This document shows positions 13,932 through 23,103 of a DNA stretch of 64,000 nt, piece by piece (within the stretch, counting starts at the first letter, position 1; each line of letters starts with the position of its first letter). The notes below the pieces were generated by a model that had not been told where the DNA came from, searched no databases, and saw only the letters and a list, made by a program, of their open reading frames with translations. The position numbers and the translations under genes were made by a program. Source of the DNA: Gammaproteobacteria bacterium (GTDB taxonomy: Bacteria > Pseudomonadota > Gammaproteobacteria > JABABF01); the NCBI GenBank assembly GCA_965237805.1, contig OZ250153.1, positions 736,001-800,000 of the forward strand. The letters are read 5' to 3'.

Positions 13932-14546
13932 TCAACCAATCCAATTCGCCACAACCCAACCCAAGGCCGCATCCAAGCCCCAGAGGATCAGCGCTACCAG
14001 CAATACAAAGGCCAGCACCAAGAGCGTCGTCTGTATCACCTCGGTGCGCGTCGGCCAAACCACCTTGCGCAACTCGAGGCGGGATTCGCGCAATAGCTGA
14101 CTGAAGGCGATGCCACCCGTGGTGCCCAGCGCCAGCGGAGCTGCCAGCACGCCGACAGCGACCATGCCCAACATCCGGTAGAGCAAGCTGGCTTCACCAA
14201 AATAAAAGTTGGCAACAATACCTGCGAGCACCAGCAAACCCACACCGATCCAGCGTAGGCCATCACGGGTCTGGCGAGCGGCCAGCGCGGCTTGGCGCGT
14301 CTCCCGCTTGCGGCGGGGCTGCGTCTCCCCCACTGCCACACCAGTACTGTTGCCAGCACCGGCCTCAAGCGCAGCTTGATCCACCGATGGATCGGCAGCT
14401 GCAAGCCCAGTGTCCTCCGGCCACGCTAAGGCCGTATTGCCGTGCGACGCACCGCGCTGCGCACGTTGACGCGCTTTGGCCTTACCACGCGGCTTGGCGC
14501 TGCTCGAACGAGTCGATTTCTTTTTCTTTTTGGCTTTAGCCGACAT
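13932..14546 (-). CDS. secE: Preprotein translocase SecE (3-TM type) with long basic N-terminal extension
   Basis: [10 protein letters not shown] motif; position between tRNA-Trp and nusG; start uncertain. Confidence 0.92.
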   Translation of the reverse strand: MSAKAKKKKKSTRSSSAKPRGKAKARQRAQRGASHGNTALAWPEDTGLAAADPSVDQAALEAGAGNSTGVAVGETQPRRKRETRQAALAARQTRDGLRWIGVGLLVLAGIVANFYFGEASLLYRMLGMVAVGVLAAPLALGTTGGIAFSQLLRESRLELRKVVWPTRTEVIQTTLLVLAFVLLVALILWGLDAALGWVVANWIG

Positions 14547-14602
14547 GCGCTGTCATATCCGCGTTGCGACCCAAGAAGACCACCACCCCACCGCTGGCCG
14601 GG

Positions 14603-14675
14603 CAGGCCAGGAGGGACTTGAACCCCCAACCGGCGGTTTTGGAGACCGCTGCTCTACCAATTGAGCTACTGGCCT
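14603..14675 (-). tRNA. tRNA-Trp(CCA), 3' CCA not encoded
   Basis: AGGCCAGTAGCTCAATTGGTAGAGC...CTCCAAA...GGTTCAAGTCC cloverleaf; followed by CCC. Confidence 0.95.
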
Positions 14676-14717
14676 TGAACGAATCCGAGGCCACGCTGGC
14701 AGTGTATCCAAGCAATC

Positions 14718-15908
14718 TCACTTGAGAATCTTGCTCACCACCCCCGCGCCAACCGTGCGCCCGCCCTCTCGCACCGCAAAGCGCAGGCCTTCGGCCATGG
14801 CGATGGGAGCGATCAACTGGACGCTGATACTGACGTTGTCACCCGGCATCACCATCTCGACATTGTCGGGCAGTGTGACTGCGCCTGTGATGTCGGTGGT
14901 GCGAAAGTAGAACTGCGGGCGATAGCCTTTGAAGAATGGCGTGTGGCGCCCACCTTCATCTTTGGTCAGCACATAGATCTCCGCCTCGAACTCTGTGTGC
15001 GGCGTGATCGAACCCGGCGCCGCCAGCACCTGGCCGCGATCCACTTCGTCGCGCTTGGTGCCGCGCAACAGCACCCCGAGGTTATCACCAGCACGCCCCT
15101 CGTCCAAAGTCTTGCGGAACATCTCCACACCGACACACGTGGTCTTGGCGGTATCTTGGATGCCGACGATCTCAAGGACATCACCCTCTTTGACCACGCC
15201 GCACTCGACGCGGCCAGTGGTGACCGTGCCGCGCCCTTGGATCGTGAACACATCCTCAATCGGCATCAGGAACGGCTTGTCGACATCGCGTTCCGGCTCG
15301 GGAATATAGTCGTCGAGCGCCGCGACCAGCTGGCGCACCGCTGGCTTGCCGTAGTCGCCGTCATCTCCTTCCAGCGCTTTCAGCGCGCTACCGATGACAA
15401 TCGGCGTGTCATCACCGGGGAACTCGTACTGTGTGAGCAGATCGCGCACCTCGAGTTCCACCAGCTCGAGCAGCTCTTCGTCATCCACCATGTCGGCCTT
15501 GTTCAGGAAGACCACGATGCGCGGCACCCCGACTTGGCGAGCCAACAGAATGTGCTCCCTAGTCTGCGGCATCGGGCCATCAGCAGCCGACACGACCAAC
15601 ACCGCGCCATCCATCTGCGCTGCGCCAGTGATCATATTCTTGACATAGTCAGCATGGCCGGGGCAGTCCACATGCGCATAGTGGCGCTGCTCGGAGTTGT
15701 ACTCCACATGCGCCGTGGCGATGGTAATGCCGCGCTCACGCTCCTCGGGAGCGTTGTCGATCTGGTCGAAAACACGCACATCGCCACCCCAAGCTTCCGC
15801 ACACACCGTGGTGAGCGCAGCCGTCAGCGTGGTCTTGCCATGGTCGACATGGCCGATGGTGCCAACATTGACATGCGGCTTGACGCGTTCAAATTTCTCT
15901 CTCGCCAT
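14718..15908 (-). CDS. tuf: Elongation factor Tu
   Basis: [28 protein letters not shown] and NKAD motifs. Confidence 0.99.
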   Translation of the reverse strand: MAREKFERVKPHVNVGTIGHVDHGKTTLTAALTTVCAEAWGGDVRVFDQIDNAPEERERGITIATAHVEYNSEQRHYAHVDCPGHADYVKNMITGAAQMDGAVLVVSAADGPMPQTREHILLARQVGVPRIVVFLNKADMVDDEELLELVELEVRDLLTQYEFPGDDTPIVIGSALKALEGDDGDYGKPAVRQLVAALDDYIPEPERDVDKPFLMPIEDVFTIQGRGTVTTGRVECGVVKEGDVLEIVGIQDTAKTTCVGVEMFRKTLDEGRAGDNLGVLLRGTKRDEVDRGQVLAAPGSITPHTEFEAEIYVLTKDEGGRHTPFFKGYRPQFYFRTTDITGAVTLPDNVEMVMPGDNVSISVQLIAPIAMAEGLRFAVREGGRTVGAGVVSKILK

Positions 15909-16011
15909 TGCCCTGAATCCTCGATTGCTTCGCTGGTGATAACTTGTACTTAATGCTAAGTTGGTGGTCACCCGCGCCGCCGCTGTGACCTACGACACCT
16001 GAGTGTCGCAA

Positions 16012-16087
<76 letters not shown>

Positions 16088-16253
16088 ATGAGTCTGGTGA
16101 GTTCGCAAGCCCGCCGCGCTTGTGGCACTAATATCACTCCATCACCGCCACCACCGCCACCACTGCTTGCCTCGCCTCCTCAAGCCGCCTCCTGTTGAAT
16201 ATCGCTCCTCGCTGTCCCCATCCGCCTGCCGCCAAGCCCCGCTACCCGCTTGA

Positions 16254-16325
<72 letters not shown>

Positions 16326-16410
16326 ATGACCTGACCCGCATGACCTGCTATTGCCACCATTCCCAACGGGTATCAGCCTGTCATCTGCGCCGCAACCACC
16401 CCCGTACCCA

Positions 16411-16494
16411 TGGTGGAGGGGGGTGGATTCGAACCACCGAAGCTTACGCGTCAGATTTACAGTCTGATCCCTTTGGCCACTCGGGAACCCCTCC
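16411..16494 (-). tRNA. tRNA-Tyr(GTA)
   Basis: GGAGGGGTTCCCGAGTGGCCAAAGGG...CTGTAAA, long variable arm, ends ACCA. Confidence 0.96.
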
Positions 16495-16580
16495 GTTACA
16501 ACGATCCCGCAACAAAGCCCCAAAAACCAAAGGAACCAGAGCAACCAAAGCAGCTCCCCAAGTACTGTGTAGAGCAAATC

Positions 16581-16609
16581 AGTATAGCATGATCTACAGC
16601 CACCCGCAA
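16581..16609 (-). promoter_or_regulatory. sigma70-like promoter of tRNA-tuf operon
   Basis: TTGCGG-17 nt-TATACT with extended TG. Confidence 0.6.
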
Positions 16610-16638
16610 GATTGAGGGCGTTGCTTTGGAGTCCACCC

Positions 16639-16667
16639 TTGCATTCCGAACACCATGAGTCTAGAAT
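16639..16667 (+). promoter_or_regulatory. sigma70-like promoter of rplU-rpmA-obgE-proB
   Basis: TTGCAT-17 nt-TAGAAT. Confidence 0.6.
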
Positions 16668-16756
16668 GAGCTGTCTTAGCTTTGAGTGTGCTGCGGACAG
16701 TCGGCAACCACACTCCTCAAGCCAGCCACCCATCACCCCCTCCATTCATTGTTGCC

Positions 16757-17086
16757 ATGCAGTATGCGGTGATCCAAAGCGGCGGCAAACAACACTTGGT
16801 GCGCCCAGGCGATGTCTGTCAGCTGGAAAAATTGCCCGGAGAAGTGGGTGAGGAAATACAGTTCGACCGCGTGCTGATGGTCGGCAGCTCGACGGACAAC
16901 GAGGAACCAACGCATGTCGGTCGCCCCTATGTAGAGGGCTGCCGCGTCGTCGGCACGATGCTCGGCCACGGTCGCGGCGACAAGATTGAGATCCTGCGCT
17001 ACAAGCGGCGCAAGAAGTGGCGGCACCGCCAAGGGCATCGCCAACACTTCACCACAGTGCGCGTCGACACCATCTCCGTCGGCTGA
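16757..17086 (+). CDS. rplU: 50S ribosomal protein L21
   Basis: [12 protein letters not shown] start and QGHRQ motif. Confidence 0.96.
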   Translation: MQYAVIQSGGKQHLVRPGDVCQLEKLPGEVGEEIQFDRVLMVGSSTDNEEPTHVGRPYVEGCRVVGTMLGHGRGDKIEILRYKRRKKWRHRQGHRQHFTTVRVDTISVG

Positions 17087-17146
17087 TTGCTCTCACAGAG
17101 CAGAACGGCAGAAATAGCATAGCGGCAACCACAGGAATACAGGGCG

Positions 17147-17413
17147 ATGGCACATAAGAAAGCGGGTGGTACCACACGCAACGGACGCGACTCCGAATCT
17201 AAACGGCTCGGTGTCAAACGCTTTGGCGGCCATTTGGTGAAAGCTGGCAACATCCTAGTCCGCCAGCGCGGCACCAAATTCCACCCCGGGGAACATGTCG
17301 GCGTCGGCAATGACCACACTCTGTTCGCGCTCGTCGATGGCACGGTGCACTTCGCCCGCCGCGGCCCGCGACAGCGCCAATTCGTCGACATCCAGCCACA
17401 GCCCGTCGACTAA
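17147..17413 (+). CDS. rpmA: 50S ribosomal protein L27
   Basis: [16 protein letters not shown] start. Confidence 0.98.
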   Translation: MAHKKAGGTTRNGRDSESKRLGVKRFGGHLVKAGNILVRQRGTKFHPGEHVGVGNDHTLFALVDGTVHFARRGPRQRQFVDIQPQPVD

Positions 17414-17454
17414 AGGGGGTGTTGCGCGGCCTCGCCCCGTGCGGCTTTTCTCTG

Positions 17455-18474
17455 ATGCGCTTCATCGATGAAGTCGAGATCTCAGTGTGCGCTGGCAACG
17501 GCGGCGACGGTGCGCTGAGTTTCCTGCGCGAACGACACCGGCCACGCGGCGGCCCCGACGGTGGTAACGGCGGCACGGGTGGCGATGTCAGCCTGCGTGC
17601 CGAATCCGCGCTGAACACCTTGGTCGACTACCGCCACCGCCGCCGTTTTACAGCCGAGAGCGGTAGCCGCGGCGCAGGGCGCAACTGCAACGGTGCCAGC
17701 GGCGAGGATTTGGCCTTGACCGTGCCAGTGGGCACGATCGCGCACGAGCTGGACACTGGTGAGCTGCTCGGGGATCTCAACACGGACGGTAGCCAACTGG
17801 TGGTGGCATATGGCGGCCATGGCGGACGCGGCAACGCCTGTTTTGCCAGCTCGACGACACGCGCCCCGCTCCGCGCCGAACCGGGCGGGGTCGGCGAGGA
17901 ACGGCAGCTGCGCCTCGAGCTGAGCCTGCTGGCAGATGTCGGCCTGCTGGGCCTGCCCAACGCTGGCAAATCTTCGTTGTTGGCTGCCATCTCGGCTGCC
18001 CGCCCGCGCATCGCTGACTACCCGTTCACCACCCTGTGGCCCCAGTTGGGCGTGGTGCGCGTCGGCTTGGAGAACAGCTTCGTCGTCACCGATATCCCCG
18101 GCTTGGTGCCCGGTGCCGCCGATGGCGTCGGCTTGGGGCACCGCTTCCTGCGCCACCTGCGGCGCACCCGCTTGCTGTTGCACATTGTCGATATCATGCC
18201 GACCGACGCCGCTGAGCTGGCGTCGATGGTGCGCCTGCTGGCAGCGGAGCTGGGATCTTTTGACCCGGCACTGGCAAGGCGCGAGCGCTGGCTGGTGCTG
18301 AACAAAGCCGACCTATTGGCCACCGACGAGGCACAACAGTGTCACCAGGCGCTGCTGGCCGCCTTGAATTGGCAGCAACCCTCGCATCTGGTCTCCGCCG
18401 CCACCGGCAAAGGGCTGCCAGCCCTATGCCAGGCGATGGCAGCGCGACTCGCCGAAATGGGAGCACCGCAATGA
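17455..18474 (+). CDS. obgE: GTPase ObgE
   Basis: MRFIDEV start, Gly-rich Obg fold, GLPNAGKS, DYPFTT, DIPG and NKAD motifs. Confidence 0.97.
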   Translation: MRFIDEVEISVCAGNGGDGALSFLRERHRPRGGPDGGNGGTGGDVSLRAESALNTLVDYRHRRRFTAESGSRGAGRNCNGASGEDLALTVPVGTIAHELDTGELLGDLNTDGSQLVVAYGGHGGRGNACFASSTTRAPLRAEPGGVGEERQLRLELSLLADVGLLGLPNAGKSSLLAAISAARPRIADYPFTTLWPQLGVVRVGLENSFVVTDIPGLVPGAADGVGLGHRFLRHLRRTRLLLHIVDIMPTDAAELASMVRLLAAELGSFDPALARRERWLVLNKADLLATDEAQQCHQALLAALNWQQPSHLVSAATGKGLPALCQAMAARLAEMGAPQ

Positions 18475-19619
18475 GCGCCGCAATGAGCGCCGAGACGACG
18501 CGCGAGCCCACGCTGCGCGACAGCCAACGCTGGGTGGTGAAGATCGGCAGCGCCCTGCTGCTGGCCGGTGATGGCGGCGGCTTGGATCGGCCAGCCATCG
18601 CCAACTGGGCCGCGCAGCTGGCAGCAGCGTGTGAGGCCGGGCGGCAGGTGGTGCTGGTCTCCTCCGGCGCAGTAGCCGAGGGCATGATTCGCCTCGGCTG
18701 GAACGAGCGCCCGCGCGAACTGGGACGCTTGCAGGCGGCGGCAGCTGTCGGCCAGAGCGGCCTGGTCCACTGCTGGGAAGAAGCACTGGCGGCATGCGAG
18801 CAGCGCGCGGCGCAGGTATTGCTGGCGCGGGCCGACCTCGACTCGCGCCAGCGCTATCTGAACGCCCGCACCACCCTGCAAGAGCTGCTCGCTCTCGGCG
18901 TGTTGCCTGTGGTCAACGAAAACGACTCGGTCGCCACCGAGGAGATCTGCTTTGGTGATAATGACACGCTGTCCGGGCGCATCGCCAATCTGGTCGACAC
19001 CGATCTGCTGATCATCCTCAGCGACCAAGTCGGCCTGTGTGAAGCCGACCCCCGGCTGCAGCCGGATGCGGCTCTGATCGCCTCGGGCGAGGCTGGCGAG
19101 GAGCGCTTGCGCCATGCCGCTGGCAGCGGTGTGGGAGCCTTGGGACGCGGCGGCATGGCCACCAAAGTGGCAGCGGCAGAACTGGCGGCACGTAGCGGGG
19201 CGCACACCGTGATCGCCGACGGTCGCGAGCCCGACATCTTGACCCGCATCGGTGCCGGTGAGGCGCTGGGCACACTGATCCGCTCCACCCAAGAACACCC
19301 GCTGGCCGCACGCAAGCGCTGGCTCGCCAGCCTGGTCGGCGCGGGGACGCTGGAACTGGATGCTGGTGCCGTGCGCGTATTGCGCGAACAGGGGCGCAGC
19401 CTGCTACCAGTCGGGGTAACCGCCGTGCACGGTGAGTTCAGCCGCGGCGATGCCGTCAGCTGCTTGGACGCGCAGGGACAGGCAGTGGCGCGCGGCTTGG
19501 TTAACTACAGCGCCGCCGAAACGCGCGAGCTGATGGGACACAGCAGTGCCGAGATCGCCGAGCGCGGCCAGCTGCGGCAGACAGAGCTGATCCACCGCTC
19601 CAATTTGACTCTACTGTAG
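18471..19619 (+). CDS. proB: Glutamate 5-kinase with PUA domain
   Basis: VVKIGS, NENDSV, FGDND and GGMATK motifs; ATGA overlap with obgE. Confidence 0.96.
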   Translation: MSAAMSAETTREPTLRDSQRWVVKIGSALLLAGDGGGLDRPAIANWAAQLAAACEAGRQVVLVSSGAVAEGMIRLGWNERPRELGRLQAAAAVGQSGLVHCWEEALAACEQRAAQVLLARADLDSRQRYLNARTTLQELLALGVLPVVNENDSVATEEICFGDNDTLSGRIANLVDTDLLIILSDQVGLCEADPRLQPDAALIASGEAGEERLRHAAGSGVGALGRGGMATKVAAAELAARSGAHTVIADGREPDILTRIGAGEALGTLIRSTQEHPLAARKRWLASLVGAGTLELDAGAVRVLREQGRSLLPVGVTAVHGEFSRGDAVSCLDAQGQAVARGLVNYSAAETRELMGHSSAEIAERGQLRQTELIHRSNLTLL

Positions 19620-19646
19620 CCCCGGTCAAGCGCCGAGACAGCGGCA

Positions 19647-20399
19647 TCACTGCGCGGCGTCAGCCCCGCCGCCAGGTGCCCAGCTGCCGGGCACGACACC
19701 ACCCGTCAGCTCCTCGATACGCAACATCCAAGCCGACACCCGTTCGCTCTCGGCGATCAAGCCACCACCCTCACGACTGTCGCGCACACAGCCAATCTCG
19801 GCGTAGACGCTGAGGTCAGCCAGCGTCAGCGCATCGCCGACTAGCCAATCGCTACCCTGCAGGCGTGCGTCCAACGACATGATCTGGCGGCGCAGGTCTT
19901 TCAACACATGCTCGTGGGTCTTGCGCCCTAGGCCTTGCCCCGCAATGATCTTGCGGATGCCCCCGGGAATCAGGCGCGTCATCAGCTTGCGGAACCACGG
20001 TTTGTCGACATGTAGCATGCGCGGCAGGTTGCGTTCGGCATTGTGCGGCTGTGCGAAGCGAAAATACATCTCGTAGAAATAGAGACTCTCGTCGGCCCAA
20101 TCCTCCAGCATGTGCACCAATCCGCGCTGGCGCGGATCGTTGGGCAGCAACGGGCGCTGCGGAAACTGCTCTTCCAGATATTCGGCGATGTCGGTGGAAT
20201 CGCCGATGAATTTTCCGTTGTGTTCCAAGCAGGGCAACTTGCCCGCCGAATAGAGCGTGCGGATTTCTTTGCGGGCCGCCATCGGGTACTCGCGCACCTC
20301 GTAGTCCAGCTGCTTGAAGTGCAGGATGCGCCGCACCTTGTCGCACATGGGCGAGATCAAGAACTGGTGCAGGATCAGCGTGTTGTTTGGAAGGTCCAT
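19647..20399 (-). CDS. Glutathione S-transferase family protein
   Basis: ISPMCDKVRR, KLPCL...DSTDI and LTLADL motifs. Confidence 0.85.
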   Translation of the reverse strand: MDLPNNTLILHQFLISPMCDKVRRILHFKQLDYEVREYPMAARKEIRTLYSAGKLPCLEHNGKFIGDSTDIAEYLEEQFPQRPLLPNDPRQRGLVHMLEDWADESLYFYEMYFRFAQPHNAERNLPRMLHVDKPWFRKLMTRLIPGGIRKIIAGQGLGRKTHEHVLKDLRRQIMSLDARLQGSDWLVGDALTLADLSVYAEIGCVRDSREGGGLIAESERVSAWMLRIEELTGGVVPGSWAPGGGADAAQ

Positions 20400-20427
20400 G
20401 GTGTGCCCCTAGCTGGTGGGAAGCTCG

Positions 20428-20928
20428 TCATTCTATACCCTCTGCGGGCACTAACGGCAGACCCATCACCGCACGTAGCTGCGCTGCATCGTGGGGGCCG
20501 AGCAGCGTGTGCTGCAATCGCCCCTGCGGGTCCAACAAGAAGGTGGTCGGCACGGCACGAATCACCGACAGCCGCAAGGCTGGCCCCGGATCCTCCGCCA
20601 ACACGGGGAAATTAATGCCGAGCGCAGCCATATCAGCCAATAGCCGGTGCCCCTGCTGTCCGTCCAGATTGACTCCCAACACCAACAGCTGCCCGGCGCT
20701 CTCGACCGCCAAGCGATTCAGTTCTGGCACCTCCTCCGCGCAGGGGGCGCACCAAGCGGCCCAATAGTTGAGTACCACCCATCGCCCGCGCCATTGGGCA
20801 CTGTCGAGCATGACACCGTGAGCATCTCGGAACAGCGGTGCCAGCTGGGGCAGCTCGGTGGAGCAGGCTCCCAGAGACAGCAGCGCGGCCACCAAGACCG
20901 GCAATAGGGCACGGCAAGATTGAGACAA
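20428..20928 (-). CDS. TlpA-family thiol:disulfide reductase lipoprotein
   Basis: LNYWAAWCAPC and VPTTFL motifs; lipobox LGAC; TTG start inferred. Confidence 0.85.
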   Translation of the reverse strand: MSQSCRALLPVLVAALLSLGACSTELPQLAPLFRDAHGVMLDSAQWRGRWVVLNYWAAWCAPCAEEVPELNRLAVESAGQLLVLGVNLDGQQGHRLLADMAALGINFPVLAEDPGPALRLSVIRAVPTTFLLDPQGRLQHTLLGPHDAAQLRAVMGLPLVPAEGIE

Positions 20929-21007
20929 AGCAGTGGCGAGACAAGAGCAAAAGCGTGGATAGAGTTTAATGCGCGGGAGGATTTCTCGGGGAAGGAGTGT
21001 GGCGCTG

Positions 21008-21712
21008 ATGAATCGATGGCGGGTCAAGGCTGCCCTCAGCTGGCTGCCAGCAACCCTGTTGCTGGCCAGCTGTGGCATCGGAGCGGAGCGAGCAGCACCG
21101 AGAGAGCCACTGTCGCCGCTGGCACTGGACACTCATATCCTCGCCTTCGGCGATAGCCTGACCGCGGGCATTGGGGCGGCACCGGGCCAAGATTATCCAG
21201 CGCAGCTGGCACAGCTGATCGACCGCATTGTCATCCGGGCCGGCATCAGCGGAGAAACGACGCAAGCGGCCGTGAAACGGCTGGAGCCACTGCTACAAGC
21301 ACACCGGCCAGATCTGCTATTGCTGTGTAGCGGGGCCAATGATTTCCTGCGCGGGCTACCGGCAGAACAAGCAGAACGAAACTTGGAGCAGATGGTGGAG
21401 CTGGCGCAACGCCACCGTGTGCCCACCGTGCTGATCGGCGTGCCAAAACTCGATGGAGCATTCCTGCACAGACGAGGTGCAGAGCGCGGCGCACCACCGC
21501 TGGCGCAGTCGGCTCCGATGTACTACCGCATCGCCGCGAAATACCAGCTGTGGCTGGAGCACAGCGCCGTCCATGCGGGGCTGACTAAAGCAGAGCTGAT
21601 CGACAACGCCAGCCGCCACCCCAATGCCCGCGGCTACCAGTACTTCGCCGAATCGATCGCCCAGCTGCTGGTGCGGGCGGGTGCGCTGCGACGCGAGGAG
21701 CTACGGCGCTAG
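21008..21712 (+). CDS. GDSL/SGNH arylesterase lipoprotein
   Basis: FGDSLTAG, GISGETT, GAND and HPN motifs; lipobox LASC. Confidence 0.88.
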   Translation: MNRWRVKAALSWLPATLLLASCGIGAERAAPREPLSPLALDTHILAFGDSLTAGIGAAPGQDYPAQLAQLIDRIVIRAGISGETTQAAVKRLEPLLQAHRPDLLLLCSGANDFLRGLPAEQAERNLEQMVELAQRHRVPTVLIGVPKLDGAFLHRRGAERGAPPLAQSAPMYYRIAAKYQLWLEHSAVHAGLTKAELIDNASRHPNARGYQYFAESIAQLLVRAGALRREELRR

Positions 21713-21717
21713 CGCAC

Positions 21718-22619
21718 TCAATCGCCGCAGTGTTCCCGCTCGAGCTGAATGGTCGAGTGGCCGAGCCCGTAGTTGTCCTTGAGCAGGCGCTGAATCTGGG
21801 ACAGAACTCGCTGATCGTCACCGACCTCGTCCAGTAGCGCGTGCAACGTGATCAGAGGCTGCTCTTGGCTTAGACTCCAGACATGGACATGGTGCACATT
21901 GACGACACCCGGCACCGCCGCTGCGATTTCTCGCTCCAAGACGGGAATGTCGATCCCATCCGGGGCGCCCTCCAACAGCACATGCACCGACTCGCGGATG
22001 ACATACCAAGCGCTGGACACGATCAGCAAAGCGACCACCAGAGAGAGGATCGGATCGATCGGCATCCAACCCGTGAAGAGAATCACCAACGCCGCCAAGA
22101 TCGCGGCCACCGAACCCAACAGATCACCGATCACATGGATCGTTGCGCCGCGTAGGTTGAGGTTGTTGCTACCGCCACCGCGGAGGATGTGTAGCACCAC
22201 CAGATTGGCACCAAGCCGGCGAGTGCAACCGCCACCATAGTCTCGCCGATCACCGTCACCGGGGTGATGATGCGCTGCACCGCCTCGAACACAATCCAGC
22301 CGACGATGACGACCAAACTCAAACCATTGACAAAGGCCGCCAGCACCTGAAAGCGCACATAGCCATAACTGCGCTTCGAATCGGCTGGCGTGCGAGCGAG
22401 ACGAAAAGCGAGCCAAGCGAGCAACAGGGCGATGCAGTCCGTCGCCATGTGGCCAGCATCCGCCAACAGGGCAAGCGAGCCCGACAACAGGCCGCCGACC
22501 ACTTCGACGACCGCGAAGACACCGGTCAGACACATCGCCCAAAAGACGCGCCGCTCGTTGCCAGCACCGACACCGACGGCGTGGCTGTGGGCTCCACCAA
22601 GGCGGTGATCGTGGGACAT
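21718..22619 (-). pseudogene. Cation diffusion facilitator (ZitB/CzcD-like), frameshifted near 22211
   Basis: N-half MSHDH...SLALLADAGHM and C-half NLNLRGA..HVIGDLLGS lie in different frames; one missing base. Confidence 0.8.
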
Positions 22620-22749
22620 CTCGGTGCCACCCTCCTGCGGGCGACTCTCGGTACGGCAATCATAACTGGCGCGCCGAGGGCGGTGCCAGCGCCTGCGCTG
22701 CCGAGGCTAAAATGGCTGCCTGCCACCACCACAGCACACGACAATGCAG

Positions 22750-23103
22750 ATGGACACCACACTCACCCTGTACCACAACCCGCGCTGCTCTAAATCTCGC
22801 CAAGCGCTGGCCCTGTTGCAAGCGCGCGGTGTCGAGCCGCGCATCGTGCTCTATTTGGAAGATCCCCTTGATGCCAAAGCACTGCGCCGCCTGTTACGGC
22901 AACTCGGACTCGGCGCACGCGAGCTATTGCGCGGCAACGAAAGCGCCGCCCGCGAGCGCGGACTCAAGCGATCGGAACTGGGGGAGGACGAGCTGATTGC
23001 CGCCATGGCCGAGGAGCCCAAGCTGATCCAGCGCCCCATCGCCGTGCGCGGCGACAAGGCCGTGCTGGGACGACCGCCAGAACAGGTGCTGGAATTGCTC
23101 TAG
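22750..23103 (+). CDS. arsC: Arsenate reductase (glutaredoxin) ArsC family
   Basis: YHNPRCSKSR and LIQRPI motifs. Confidence 0.85.
   Translation: MDTTLTLYHNPRCSKSRQALALLQARGVEPRIVLYLEDPLDAKALRRLLRQLGLGARELLRGNESAARERGLKRSELGEDELIAAMAEEPKLIQRPIAVRGDKAVLGRPPEQVLELL

Noticed and set aside
13900-14058. 5' extension of the nusG ORF
   Set aside because: Overlaps secE in another frame; a GGAG-ATG start exists at 13899
34-15953. Long plus-strand ORFs (e.g. 7945-9117, 12071-12946, 14943-15953)
   Set aside because: Antisense shadows of conserved GC-rich genes with no recognisable motifs
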